A DNA stretch of 32,000 nucleotides from Candidatus Thorarchaeota archaeon (GTDB taxonomy: Archaea > Asgardarchaeota > Thorarchaeia > Thorarchaeales > Thorarchaeaceae). Position 1 is the first letter of the stretch. The number at the start of each line of letters is the position of its first letter. This document shows, piece after piece, positions 16,506-26,300 of the stretch. The stretch covers positions 180,001 to 212,000 of the forward strand of contig SHMX01000004.1 in NCBI GenBank assembly GCA_008080745.1, read 5' to 3'. The notes below the pieces were generated by a model. It saw only the letters and a program-made list of their open reading frames with translations. It ran no database searches and was not told where the DNA came from. A program made the position numbers and the translations under genes.

Positions 16506-18644
16506 TTACTTAACAGGAATTACTATTCTTTCTCGGTAATCTGGGATCTTGATTCCTTTAGGTGTATCTTCATATGGCGTGTGTACCATGATTCTTTTTC
16601 CGGAACAAGATTGAATGTATTCTTCCAAATTTGATGCAGATGTATGAGCGCTCAATCGTGCATATTCAACTCTGCACTCATGTGGTTCATGGCCATTTAT
16701 GAGATTCCAACCTGGAGTTCTTGGAGCTAAATATCCGCACATAATTATTGCAGCATTTGGATTATCACGGTGTTCATTGAAATGGTGCCTAGCTAGACCA
16801 CCAGACATCATTCCACCCCCAGCGACAAGAATATCGTCTTTTTCAAGGTAGACCTTGTTCTTTTTCATACTCTGCCACTTACCATGATACCCTGTAAGCT
16901 TGGTAATCTTCTCAGCTAATCCTGCAACCATTACATTCCTAGTTTCTGTGATTCCTGTATTATCCAACAGCATCAACATCTCTTGTGTTCTTCCAACAGC
17001 AAAACTTGGGATAACTACTGGTCCATGTTCATCAACTATATCTGTTACTTGACGAGCGACAGCATCTCTACTAAAATCTTCTCTGCCCCAATACGTTCCA
17101 TCAAAAATCACAGCATCACAATCTGTAGGAAGGTTTGCTCCTTCAAATAAAACTGATTTATCCAGGTTGAAATCCCCCGTATATAGTATCTTTACTCCTT
17201 CTATATCTAGAAGGTAAGCAGCGCTCCCTGGAATATGGCATGCATCAATTGGTGTTGCCAAAATCCCTGGACCTACCTCCTGGGTCTTTCCATATTCTAG
17301 GATAATGTGATTATTAAATACTCTATCAATATTCTTCTGAGTAAAGCGTGAAACTAAATCATATTTGTCATATTTTCTTGGAGGGAGCGGAGTTCCGATG
17401 TGCATAGCATCTTCTAGTAGAGCTTTTCCAATTCCTCCAGTTATTCCTACAGAACACCATTTTCCTGAAAAGCTATCGTAGAGGATAGGTAGACCGCCAA
17501 GATGATCGAGATGTGAATGGCTGATGAGCACTGTATCAATCATCTCTAACTCTGGAGTCCATTCTGGAATTCTTTGATTTGCCACGGAAAGACCATAATC
17601 CAGAAGGATTCCCCCTGTATCAGTCTTAATTAGAATTCCACTTCTTCCAATATGTGGACCACCCAAAAAGATGATTTCTATGGTTTTTGTAGTAGTTGAA
17701 TACGCCACAGCGGGAAGTAAATCCTTCCTCATTTTTTCAGGTATCAACTCAAAAATAACAGGATCAATAGCTTCTGGAGCGGGTGGTGAAGGTAGTTCTT
17801 GTAATCTAATTGGCAGGTCAAATTCACCATTAGTAAAGCCCTCCTCTCTGAAACAATTTTGAACGCTGGTATAAGCTGAATCTACAGACATCTCAGAATT
17901 GATATTTTTCTGTCCTTTATGATATGCTGTTTTCCTAATTGATCTGAATGATTTAGCCATCATTCCATCCGGAAGCCAATCATTCGATTCCTCAATGATT
18001 TCTCTTAGGGATTTGTCTTGTATTGCCTCTTCGAGATACTGAGGATGTCTCACTACAGAATCAACAAATCGCATACCATCTGTATTGACACTCTCGTCAA
18101 TGCTTTCTCCAAATTCCTCAATAATTTCTGCAAATTCTCTATGATTCCAAAGAGGGCATCCAAGAAATCTGATCCATTCTCTAACAGTCTGAAGAAAATC
18201 TCTTCCGTGAGCATCCTTGGTTAATGCTATGACGACAAGGGCCCTCTTCAACCACTCTTCTATCTTTTTTGAATCACGGATATTGTACAATGAGTATCTA
18301 TATGCATAACGAAATTCTTCATCTGAATAATTATCAAATAAGAAATTGTAAAGGAGCAGGGTCATAGCATCTATGTAATCTTCTGTATTGATTTTCAGTA
18401 ATGCATCTCTCAAAACACCATCCAATATTTTGTATACATTTTGAGCAGTTTCAAGCATCTCCAATTCAATATCTGAGTCTCTTAATACAGCCCAAACTAT
18501 CAATTCTGGACTTTCACCGAATAACCCCTTCTGGCCCGAAATTGGTGTTCCTTTAACAGCTTTCTTTGCATCTTCAAGTCCTTGTTTGAAAAACTCTAAA
18601 ACAATCTTGTTCTTTGTTTCAGGAACATCGGTATCGATTTTCAA
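16506..18644 (-). CDS. Metallo-beta-lactamase beta-CASP ribonuclease (CPSF73/aCPSF-like) with ~290 aa unrecognised N-terminal domain
   Basis: LLDYG, HSHLDH, CHIPGS, YTGD, DGTY, PSFAVGRTQE, SAHT and VHT motifs lie in the C-terminal ~420 aa. Confidence 0.88.
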   Translation of the reverse strand: MKIDTDVPETKNKIVLEFFKQGLEDAKKAVKGTPISGQKGLFGESPELIVWAVLRDSDIELEMLETAQNVYKILDGVLRDALLKINTEDYIDAMTLLLYNFLFDNYSDEEFRYAYRYSLYNIRDSKKIEEWLKRALVVIALTKDAHGRDFLQTVREWIRFLGCPLWNHREFAEIIEEFGESIDESVNTDGMRFVDSVVRHPQYLEEAIQDKSLREIIEESNDWLPDGMMAKSFRSIRKTAYHKGQKNINSEMSVDSAYTSVQNCFREEGFTNGEFDLPIRLQELPSPPAPEAIDPVIFELIPEKMRKDLLPAVAYSTTTKTIEIIFLGGPHIGRSGILIKTDTGGILLDYGLSVANQRIPEWTPELEMIDTVLISHSHLDHLGGLPILYDSFSGKWCSVGITGGIGKALLEDAMHIGTPLPPRKYDKYDLVSRFTQKNIDRVFNNHIILEYGKTQEVGPGILATPIDACHIPGSAAYLLDIEGVKILYTGDFNLDKSVLFEGANLPTDCDAVIFDGTYWGREDFSRDAVARQVTDIVDEHGPVVIPSFAVGRTQEMLMLLDNTGITETRNVMVAGLAEKITKLTGYHGKWQSMKKNKVYLEKDDILVAGGGMMSGGLARHHFNEHRDNPNAAIIMCGYLAPRTPGWNLINGHEPHECRVEYARLSAHTSASNLEEYIQSCSGKRIMVHTPYEDTPKGIKIPDYRERIVIPVK

Positions 18645-18654
18645 TTTGATAATT

Positions 18655-19713
18655 CTACTCCTTTGTTTTTCCTTCGTTCACTCGATAAATTCCCTGTCGA
18701 CTATCTCTTAGTGATATTTTCTTTGACACTAGGCCCTCCGATATAAGAATTGAGAGGGCATAGCGTACCGTCCTGGGAGGTAGAATAGATTCTGCAATTA
18801 TTTCCTTTTGGGTTAAGGGTCCTTCATATTCCAATACTTTCAACACCAACTTTGCACTTGGCGGAAGATCTTGTGCCAAGTCTTCAAATTCTTCCGTTTT
18901 TCTCAGCAATTTACCTCTGAGATTAGCTATTCTCTCTCTACTAAATTGTACGAAAACCGCATCAGTATCAGCCTTTCTAATAGATATTGGGCCTGAACTC
19001 ACCTTCTTTCTAAGTTGCCCATCAAATATTGCTTCCACCGATACGGAGCAGCTGATATCACGAATTTCAATCTCTGTGTCTTCTGATACAACCACTGCGC
19101 GTGTTGCAGGGTTTATGCTATTGACTGGGAGAATCGATACTACAGACGCGGGACTTAGGATTACCGGCCCTCCAACACTCATTGAATATGCTGTGCTTCC
19201 AGTAGGAGTTGCTACTAGTATTCCGTCACTCCCGTCTTTGAGGAATTGCTCCCCATCTAAATATAGAGAGTACCGCATCAAAGTTGCACTTTTTTTGGCA
19301 AAGATACCTATATCATTCAAAATAGGAGGTCCATTTTTTCCAGTAATATTTACCACAAGTCGGGATCTATGGTCTTCTTTCCATTTTCTTGAAAGAATAT
19401 CCTCCATTATCTGGTCAAAATCCGAAATAGTGATATCAAACAAAAAATCAGGTTGTCCTTTTGACGCAACGGGTAATATTGGAATCTCTTTGTCTCCAAG
19501 TTTCAATAGAGTATTTAGAAGTGTTTTATCGGACCCTATTACTATGAGTAAATTTGCTTTAACTTTCTTTAGAGGGGTTCCCTGTCTATCTAAGAATTGA
19601 GATATATCTTCGTCTATATTCACATCAGCACCTGAATCTTCCAAAATTTTTAGAATCTGTTTTGCATCATCTAATACTGATGATTCGGAATCTGACGTTA
19701 CAAAAATCTTCAT
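18655..19713 (-). CDS. nadK: NAD kinase fused to a C-terminal winged-helix DNA-binding domain
   Basis: LNDIG and DGILVATPTGSTAYSMSVGGP motifs are present, and the GGDG motif reads GSDK. The C-terminus LPPSAKLVLKVLEYEGPLTQKEIIAESILPPRTVRYALSILISEGLV is a wHTH. Confidence 0.85.
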   Translation of the reverse strand: MKIFVTSDSESSVLDDAKQILKILEDSGADVNIDEDISQFLDRQGTPLKKVKANLLIVIGSDKTLLNTLLKLGDKEIPILPVASKGQPDFLFDITISDFDQIMEDILSRKWKEDHRSRLVVNITGKNGPPILNDIGIFAKKSATLMRYSLYLDGEQFLKDGSDGILVATPTGSTAYSMSVGGPVILSPASVVSILPVNSINPATRAVVVSEDTEIEIRDISCSVSVEAIFDGQLRKKVSSGPISIRKADTDAVFVQFSRERIANLRGKLLRKTEEFEDLAQDLPPSAKLVLKVLEYEGPLTQKEIIAESILPPRTVRYALSILISEGLVSKKISLRDSRQGIYRVNEGKTKE

Positions 19714-19770
19714 TATATCCTCTCATTCTAAGATTTCTATATGTAGACTATTCTGTAACTCTTAAATGGA

Positions 19771-19818
19771 GCTGATATCGACTTAACTGTTGATTTCAGC
19801 ACAAGGGCAAAATTTGCC
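19771..19818. promoter_or_regulatory. Two palindromes in the nadK/nadA divergent intergenic region, candidate operators
   Basis: GCTGATATCGAC-N6-GTTGATTTCAGC (19771-19800, 10/12 inverted match) and GGCAAA-A-TTTGCC (19806-19818, perfect). Confidence 0.4.
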
Positions 19819-19890
19819 ACTCTACTAGAAACATGGAAAAGTTTGCCGATTGTGATTCTGTTAATAAGACTGTGACAAACTCATAAGCAG

Positions 19891-20856
19891 GTGAATGTAG
19901 TGGGAAATGAACTCACCAAACTTCAGAAAAAGATTCTCAAGTTGAAAAAAGAACGCAATGCGTTGATATTAGCGCATAATTATCAGACTATGGATATTCA
20001 AGAGATAGCTGATTTTGTAGGGGATTCCTTAGAACTAGCGAGAAAGTCTGCTGAAGTAGAAGGGTATGACCTTGTTATCTTTGCAGGTGTGAAATTTATG
20101 GCAGAGATGTCTGCTGTGCTAACTAAAGATGTTCCAGTCTACATTCCCGATACTCGATCAATCTGTCCCTTGGCGGCATTTGTAGATGGTAGTAAGCTTC
20201 GTGAGATTAAGAAGGAACACCCTGGTGCTCCTGTTGTGGTCTATGTGAATACTACTGCTGAAACCAAATCTGAGTCCGATATTATTTGCACCTCAGGAAA
20301 CGCTCCAGAGATTGTTGAAGCTTTAGGTGTTGAGAAGGTCCTCTTTGGTCCTGATAGCAATCTTGCAGAATATGTCAGGAGAAGAACTGATGTGGAAGTC
20401 ATTGACATTGAACCACGTGGTCATTGTTATGTTCACGATCAATTTGACATTGCACAAATCGAATTACTTCGTGAAGAAAATCCTGACGCTATTGTGATTG
20501 CTCATCCCGAATGTCCTCCTGAAGTTCAGGATGCTGCAGATATAGTAGGATCTACATCAATGATGGCAAGAACTGTAGCCAATTCTCCCGAGAAGAAATT
20601 CATCATCGCAACAGAGTTGGGTCTTGTTCACCAAATCCAGAAACATAATCCCGATAAGATTGTCCTTCCTGCCTATGAGGGAGCAATTTGCAGGCAAATG
20701 AAGAAGAATACCCTCGAGAAAATTCTCCATATTTTAGAAGACTTACCAGAAGAAAATCTGGTTTCTGTTCCTGAAGAGATGGTTGAACATGTTCGTACAA
20801 TTCTTGAACGGATGAATCGAGCACCATCAACATTGGAATCAATAGTTGCGAAATAA
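19891..20856 (+). CDS. nadA: Quinolinate synthase A
   Basis: ILAHNYQ, GVKFMAE, CPLA, YVNT, CTSGNA, GPDSNL, CYVH, AHPEC, TELGL and CRQMK motifs, including the three Fe-S cysteines. Confidence 0.96.
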   Translation: MNVVGNELTKLQKKILKLKKERNALILAHNYQTMDIQEIADFVGDSLELARKSAEVEGYDLVIFAGVKFMAEMSAVLTKDVPVYIPDTRSICPLAAFVDGSKLREIKKEHPGAPVVVYVNTTAETKSESDIICTSGNAPEIVEALGVEKVLFGPDSNLAEYVRRRTDVEVIDIEPRGHCYVHDQFDIAQIELLREENPDAIVIAHPECPPEVQDAADIVGSTSMMARTVANSPEKKFIIATELGLVHQIQKHNPDKIVLPAYEGAICRQMKKNTLEKILHILEDLPEENLVSVPEEMVEHVRTILERMNRAPSTLESIVAK

Positions 20857-20860
20857 CAAA

Positions 20861-21050
20861 GGTATGCAACAGCTGATCAAAACGTGGACATATCTGGACA
20901 AAAAACGATAGGAGCTTAGATAGGGTGATACAGAATGAAGTGCTGGTTGAAAGACATAGTATCCCTGACCAGGACAGAGTTTCACCCAGTGCCGTTACCC
21001 GGGAGGCCAACGCTCTGATGTCCAAGATTGTCCATAAAACAATGAACGGT
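20861..21050. mobile_element. MITE-like non-autonomous element, copy 2 (between convergent nadA and longin gene)
   Basis: 168/190 identical to 6180-6369, same orientation, no indels, with all four TGGACA/TGTCCA hexamers conserved. Confidence 0.72.
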
Positions 21051-21063
21051 GACAATATTGGAG

Positions 21064-21684
21064 TTAGACGAAATAAATTACATTCCGTCCCTCCAATTTT
21101 CTACCCGCTCTTCCTAAATTTACAAGTTTCTCTAGCAGTCGAGTCGACTTTTTCAGACTAATGCCGAGTTCCAACGCTGCTTTCTTTTCAGTAATAGATC
21201 GTTCTCTTACCAATAACATGGCGATGTCTTTCAATTCCTTTGGAAGTTCTACTATGGCCAAAGAATCGAGAGGTTCTCTGGGTTTTACACTGTCCGTGAA
21301 TTTCAAATGTTCTGGTATGAGTTTGTCAAGTACTTCCGTAAATTTATCAAATATGGGTAAGTTCTGTCTTCCTTGTTGGATATCCTTTCCAAATCTACTA
21401 ATGAAGTTAAGACCAATATAATCAATCAGTGTACTGGTAACTTCGTCGGGTCCGTCAGCTATCACCACTGTCGTAACCTGCTTGTGGTCTGCAATAAAGA
21501 TGAATTTGCCATCTGACTCAATACCCCTGAGATCATCGCCCATTGCCTCTTTGCTGAAACTTGCCATTGCTGATACAAAGCTGCTAAGAAGATAGGGATC
21601 AGCCAGTTCTGGGTCGTAGGACCTACTAAATACACAGACCCCTCCTGAAACGAGAATATATACAGCTCGGATCATTCTAGTCAC
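21064..21684 (-). CDS. Longin/roadblock-like domain plus C-terminal winged helix protein
   Basis: IRAVYILVSGGVCVFSRSY...LLSSFVSAMASFSKEAMG...IESDGKFIFI has the longin pattern. The C-terminus ITEKKAALELGISLKKSTRLLEKLVNLG is a wHTH. Confidence 0.75.
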   Translation of the reverse strand: MTRMIRAVYILVSGGVCVFSRSYDPELADPYLLSSFVSAMASFSKEAMGDDLRGIESDGKFIFIADHKQVTTVVIADGPDEVTSTLIDYIGLNFISRFGKDIQQGRQNLPIFDKFTEVLDKLIPEHLKFTDSVKPREPLDSLAIVELPKELKDIAMLLVRERSITEKKAALELGISLKKSTRLLEKLVNLGRAGRKLEGRNVIYFV

Positions 21685-22465
21685 CTGGGAATTCGGCAGC
21701 TTCTATTTTTTGTTCTATTTCTATTAGCTTTGCAATAAAAGGTAAATCTGGTTGAGTCAGTGCTAAAACCTCACTTCCCATCCCTAATGGCACATTGCAG
21801 TAACAAGGGAGGAATCCTAGCAGCTGAGTCTTTCCCTCAAACATCTCTTTTACCATCTCAATTAGACCTGCAGAGGATTTTCCCTCAAGGAGATTGGGTA
21901 CAACTTTATTAAAGAGAAGCATGGTATCTTTGTTCAATGGTCCGTAGAGCTCGTCAAGGAGATGTGCGGTTCCATCGAAATCAAAATTATCAATTTTAGC
22001 GACAATTATTGTAAAATCTGACACTACTATGGTATTGACGCTGCTATAGTGCACTCCTGGTGCAGAGTCGAGTATGAAGTAATCAAAACCCTCTTTTTCC
22101 AACTTCTGTTTTAACACAAGCAATTGTGAAATTGCTTGCATATGCCATTTTCTATCCTTTGCTAGTTGTTCTCTAATGGCTTCGACATTTGGGTCCGAGA
22201 AACCGACAAAGAGCTTCCCGCTCAAGTCAAATGTTGAACCAATATCAGTGAGGACTTCTGTATGTTTGACTTTTTCACTTAGAAAATCATTGACATAACA
22301 GGACCTAGTTGCTATACCAAATAGAGTATGGAGACTGGGTGCTTGAAAGTCGGTATCAAGTATTGCTACATCGTGCCCCTTTTTTGCCATTATTGCAGCC
22401 AAGTTTGCAGCAAGAGTTGTCTTCCCGGTTCCTCCTTTGTAGGAATGAATAGCAAAGGTCCTCAT
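21677..22465 (-). CDS. MinD/ParA-family ATPase
   Basis: Deviant Walker A KGGTGKTT, DTDFQAP and DSAPG. Its stop overlaps the start of the downstream longin gene by 8 bp. Confidence 0.9.
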   Translation of the reverse strand: MRTFAIHSYKGGTGKTTLAANLAAIMAKKGHDVAILDTDFQAPSLHTLFGIATRSCYVNDFLSEKVKHTEVLTDIGSTFDLSGKLFVGFSDPNVEAIREQLAKDRKWHMQAISQLLVLKQKLEKEGFDYFILDSAPGVHYSSVNTIVVSDFTIIVAKIDNFDFDGTAHLLDELYGPLNKDTMLLFNKVVPNLLEGKSSAGLIEMVKEMFEGKTQLLGFLPCYCNVPLGMGSEVLALTQPDLPFIAKLIEIEQKIEAAEFPGD

Positions 22466-22538
22466 TGATACATCCTCTCAGTTTCTCCGTTTTCTATGTA
22501 CTAAGTCTATAAATTATTCATACAATTATAGGTTGATA

Positions 22539-23198
22539 TTATGTATTCTTGGGTTGTAAAAGCGGAGGAATCTGTTTAAGACTATCTACTAGATACCCTT
22601 TGTGTCCTCTCTTTCTGAATTCATTTGCTGAAAACATTCCCACTATACCAATGAAATGACAGAAACCTTGCGACCTTTCATAATCCTTCAACGAATCTCC
22701 AACAAAAATTGTGTATTTCATTGGTTGATTATGTTTTGATGCTACATAGTTAAAGTGATCTGCTCCTTTCTCGAAACCTGGTCGGTATCCTAGAATCTCT
22801 TCAAAGTAGTGTGTAAGGTTTCTACGGTCAAAATATTCTTTGATTGTTGACTGAAAAGTTGATGAAGATACATAAATGTCAATACCCATTTCATCCAATT
22901 TCTTAAGAGTATCTACAGTATCGGGAAACAACTCTTGTTCGAAAATCCTATCAATTTTCAGAGATTCAAATTTATCAATCGCTTCTTCATTTCGAGGATT
23001 ATTAGGAAAATTCATCTTTATTTGCTGCTCATAGGGTAGGCCGGTCGTAGATTGATATCTCTGTCTAGCATCATCTTCAGAAACCCCAAAATACTTCATC
23101 ATAATATCTACGCCAATTCCCTCTAGGAATGGCATGCTATCTGCCAATGTGCCATCAAAATCAAAAATTACAGCACTACATTCTATTCTGTCTGTCAT
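22539..23198 (-). CDS. HAD-superfamily hydrolase
   Basis: Motif I FDFDGTLADS, motif II SSST, motif III K (EKG), motif IV VGDSLKD. Confidence 0.9.
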   Translation of the reverse strand: MTDRIECSAVIFDFDGTLADSMPFLEGIGVDIMMKYFGVSEDDARQRYQSTTGLPYEQQIKMNFPNNPRNEEAIDKFESLKIDRIFEQELFPDTVDTLKKLDEMGIDIYVSSSTFQSTIKEYFDRRNLTHYFEEILGYRPGFEKGADHFNYVASKHNQPMKYTIFVGDSLKDYERSQGFCHFIGIVGMFSANEFRKRGHKGYLVDSLKQIPPLLQPKNT

Positions 23199-23363
23199 GG
23201 AGCATCGCTCACTATTGGTTATTCAGTTCGAAATGTTGTACCTTTAGACCGTTTTGGTTCTCAAATTGAAATTCTATTGCAGTTTTCTTGTTATCCATCA
23301 ATTTCAATGAGTGTTGTGCTTTTGTATTTTACAGTTTTCAGATTCTTGAAAATAAAAAGGCTT

Positions 23364-26300
23364 CTAGTTAATAGAGTGTATCTTTATGAGTTCACCAATA
23401 CGTGCCATTCTTACAGGTTTCTGGACCCAAGTTACCAGTCCGATAGCTTGTAACTCATCTTTCTTCGAACCTAGAGGATATCCTGTCATCAATATCATTC
23501 TAACCGATGGATTGATTGATGCCATCTTCTTTGCTAGCTCAATACCATCCATGTCTGGCATCATCATATCAGTCATTATGATATCGATGTTGTCTTTTTC
23601 CTTGTGGTATATTTCCAGTGCCATGATTCCGTTGGAAGCTGTATAGATTTGACAACCTAGACGCTCTAACATTCTTGATATTGCTTCAAGGACGATCTCA
23701 TCATCATCGACAAGAAGCACTGATATACCTGAACAGTCAGTATCAGGTTTGGTTTCTTTTTCCTGTTCAACAGGCACCTCATGATGCATTGGAAGGTGAA
23801 TTACAAAAGTAGTACCACTATCCAACTCAGTCTCTACAGATATGGTACCATTATGAATATCGATAATACCATATACCTGGGCAAGTCCTAGTCCTGAACC
23901 TTGAGCTCTATCTTTAGTCGTGAAAAATGGTTCAAAGATATGTGGTACTATTGAATCTTCAATTCCGGGCCCGTTGTCTATCACCTCCAATCGTATCCAC
24001 TCTTCAGAAGATGATTCTGTATCATCAGGATTATTTCGACTTGTGCTCAATTTGATTTTTATAATACCCCCATCGGGCATAACATCTCTCGAATTGATTG
24101 CTAAATTCATTAGAACTTGGTGCAGTTGTGTTGGGTCGGCCATGACTGTATAATTACCAACTTCGTATTCTGTAAGCAATCGGATATTACTTGGAATAGT
24201 TGTTTTTAACAAACTGAGTATCTCATCGATTACTTTGCGTAGATCAACAATCTTCTTTTCTGATATTGACTGTTTACTGAAATCAAGAATCTGATGAGTT
24301 AATTCTGCTCCCTTGTTAGCAAGTGATTGTATCGATTTGAGATCTTTCATAACATCGTCAGGTATTATTTTTTTCAATTGAAGCAATTCTGTAAATCCAA
24401 TGATGCCCTGAAGAATATTGGAAAAATCATGTGCCATTCCAGCTGCCAATTGACCTACTGAAGCAAGACGTTCTTGTGTGCTGACTCGTTCTTGAATCTC
24501 TCGCATTATAGTGACATCTTCAATAACAAGTACCCATCCTCCTTTTTGGGGTCCGGTTTGGATTGGTATTGTCATTACTTCAAAAATCCTAGGTGGATCT
24601 TGAATTTGTATCTCTACAGCACGATTTTCTTGATAATTGTTTAGAATATCATCCAGTGCTTTGTTTCCAATACCCAATAACGAATTATCCGAATCAATTA
24701 TTCCTACCATATCCAAATACGTCTCGGCTATTTTATTTTGAAATAATATTCTTTCATCGGGATTTATTAGTAAAACTCCTTCTGGTAAATGTTCTATTAG
24801 ACTGGCAAGCCTTTCTTTTTCAGCTGATCTCAAGACAGATATTTTTTGTAACACTAAGGATACTTGGTTCATACTTGTAAATAGGAGTCGAATGTCATCT
24901 TCAGTAAACTGATTATCTTTTTCAGAACCTAGGAGAACTAGTCCAATTACTTCTCTGGTATCGGGAAATACTATCGGGTTTTTTATCGTAGATTGTATTT
25001 CTACTAATTGATGTCCCTTTTCCTCAATTGGCGATTCGGTTCTAACATGAACTATGGGATCTTCAGGAAGTTCCGAGGTACTTTCAGCTCGAAGTTTTAG
25101 ATATCCTTCCCTAAGCATCTGTTTGATTTGTAACTCGGTTTTTGATGATATTGGTCTTATAGGATTAATCATGAAATACTGCTGCTCTTCAATAATGAAA
25201 AGGGATGCAGAAACATCGTGATTGAATGAACGATTCAAATGTCTATGTAAGATGGGCATAACCTCTTCATAGCTTACAGTTTGTCCAACTTCTTGTGATA
25301 GACTGTATAGCATTTGCATTTCAGATGATTTTCGTTCCAAACTCCTGTTAGTTTCCTCCAGAGTTTCCAGTGTTCTTATTCTTTGCAGAGCTATTGCAGC
25401 TAGGTTGGCAAAAGCTGATACATATTCCAAATCATCATTGGAAAAACCCTCTGATTTGTTTGATAGAGCAATCAATCCTTGAGTTCTTTCCTCCAATACA
25501 ATGGGGACGCAGAGAATGTTTTCCAATTCAACAAGGTGTTCCGGTAGAGTCTGATAGAATTCTGGATGAGTCAAATCATTTTCATACAGTGGTTCTCTGC
25601 TTCTATACACTTTTTCACTCAAGCCCTTTATTGATAGGTAAGTATCGATATTTCGGATGAAAATTGAATCTTCAGAAGACATTAGATCTATTTCGTGTTG
25701 TTTTTCCTCATCAGTTATTATCATGATGTTGCCAGTGGTTGCTCCTGTAATGGATTTGCAAGCTTCGATTATGACCGTTGTAATGTCAGCAAAATCAGAA
25801 TACTCTAGTATACTATTGGCGGTGTCGTATAATTTATCGGACAACAATTTCTTCTGGATTATTTCATCTTCTGCTGCTTTACGTTTGGTGATGTCTCTGG
25901 CTATTCCTTCTAGGGCAATCAAATTTCCGTCATTATCATATATCGGTGTATTATTCTGCTCTATCCAGATAATTTCTCCATTTTTATGAACCCATCTCAT
26001 AATTATTGGTTCGGATGAAACCTCATGCATCATTTCTTGGAGCTTATCTTTGTCCTCTGGGTGTATAATTTGAGAGCCCAATGATGGATTGTCATAGTGA
26101 TCCTGTGGACTATAACCAATCATTTCAGTTGCTGAAGGGCTAATATATTCAAATTTTAATTCTGGAATCATGCGAATTCGATAAATAAGATCCTGTGCAT
26201 TCTCTGCAATTAGCTTCAAATGACTCTCTGAAGTTTCTAGAGCATCTCTTCCTCGTTCGATTTCTAGTCTTGCATGTAAGATTGGTGCTATCATATCAGC

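Noticed and set aside
6180-21050. The 190 bp repeat pair as template and variable repeats of a diversity-generating retroelement
   Set aside because: Mismatches are not adenine-specific on either strand (C/T, T/C, G/C and T/G all occur), neither copy sits at the 3-prime end of a target gene, and no reverse transcriptase is present.
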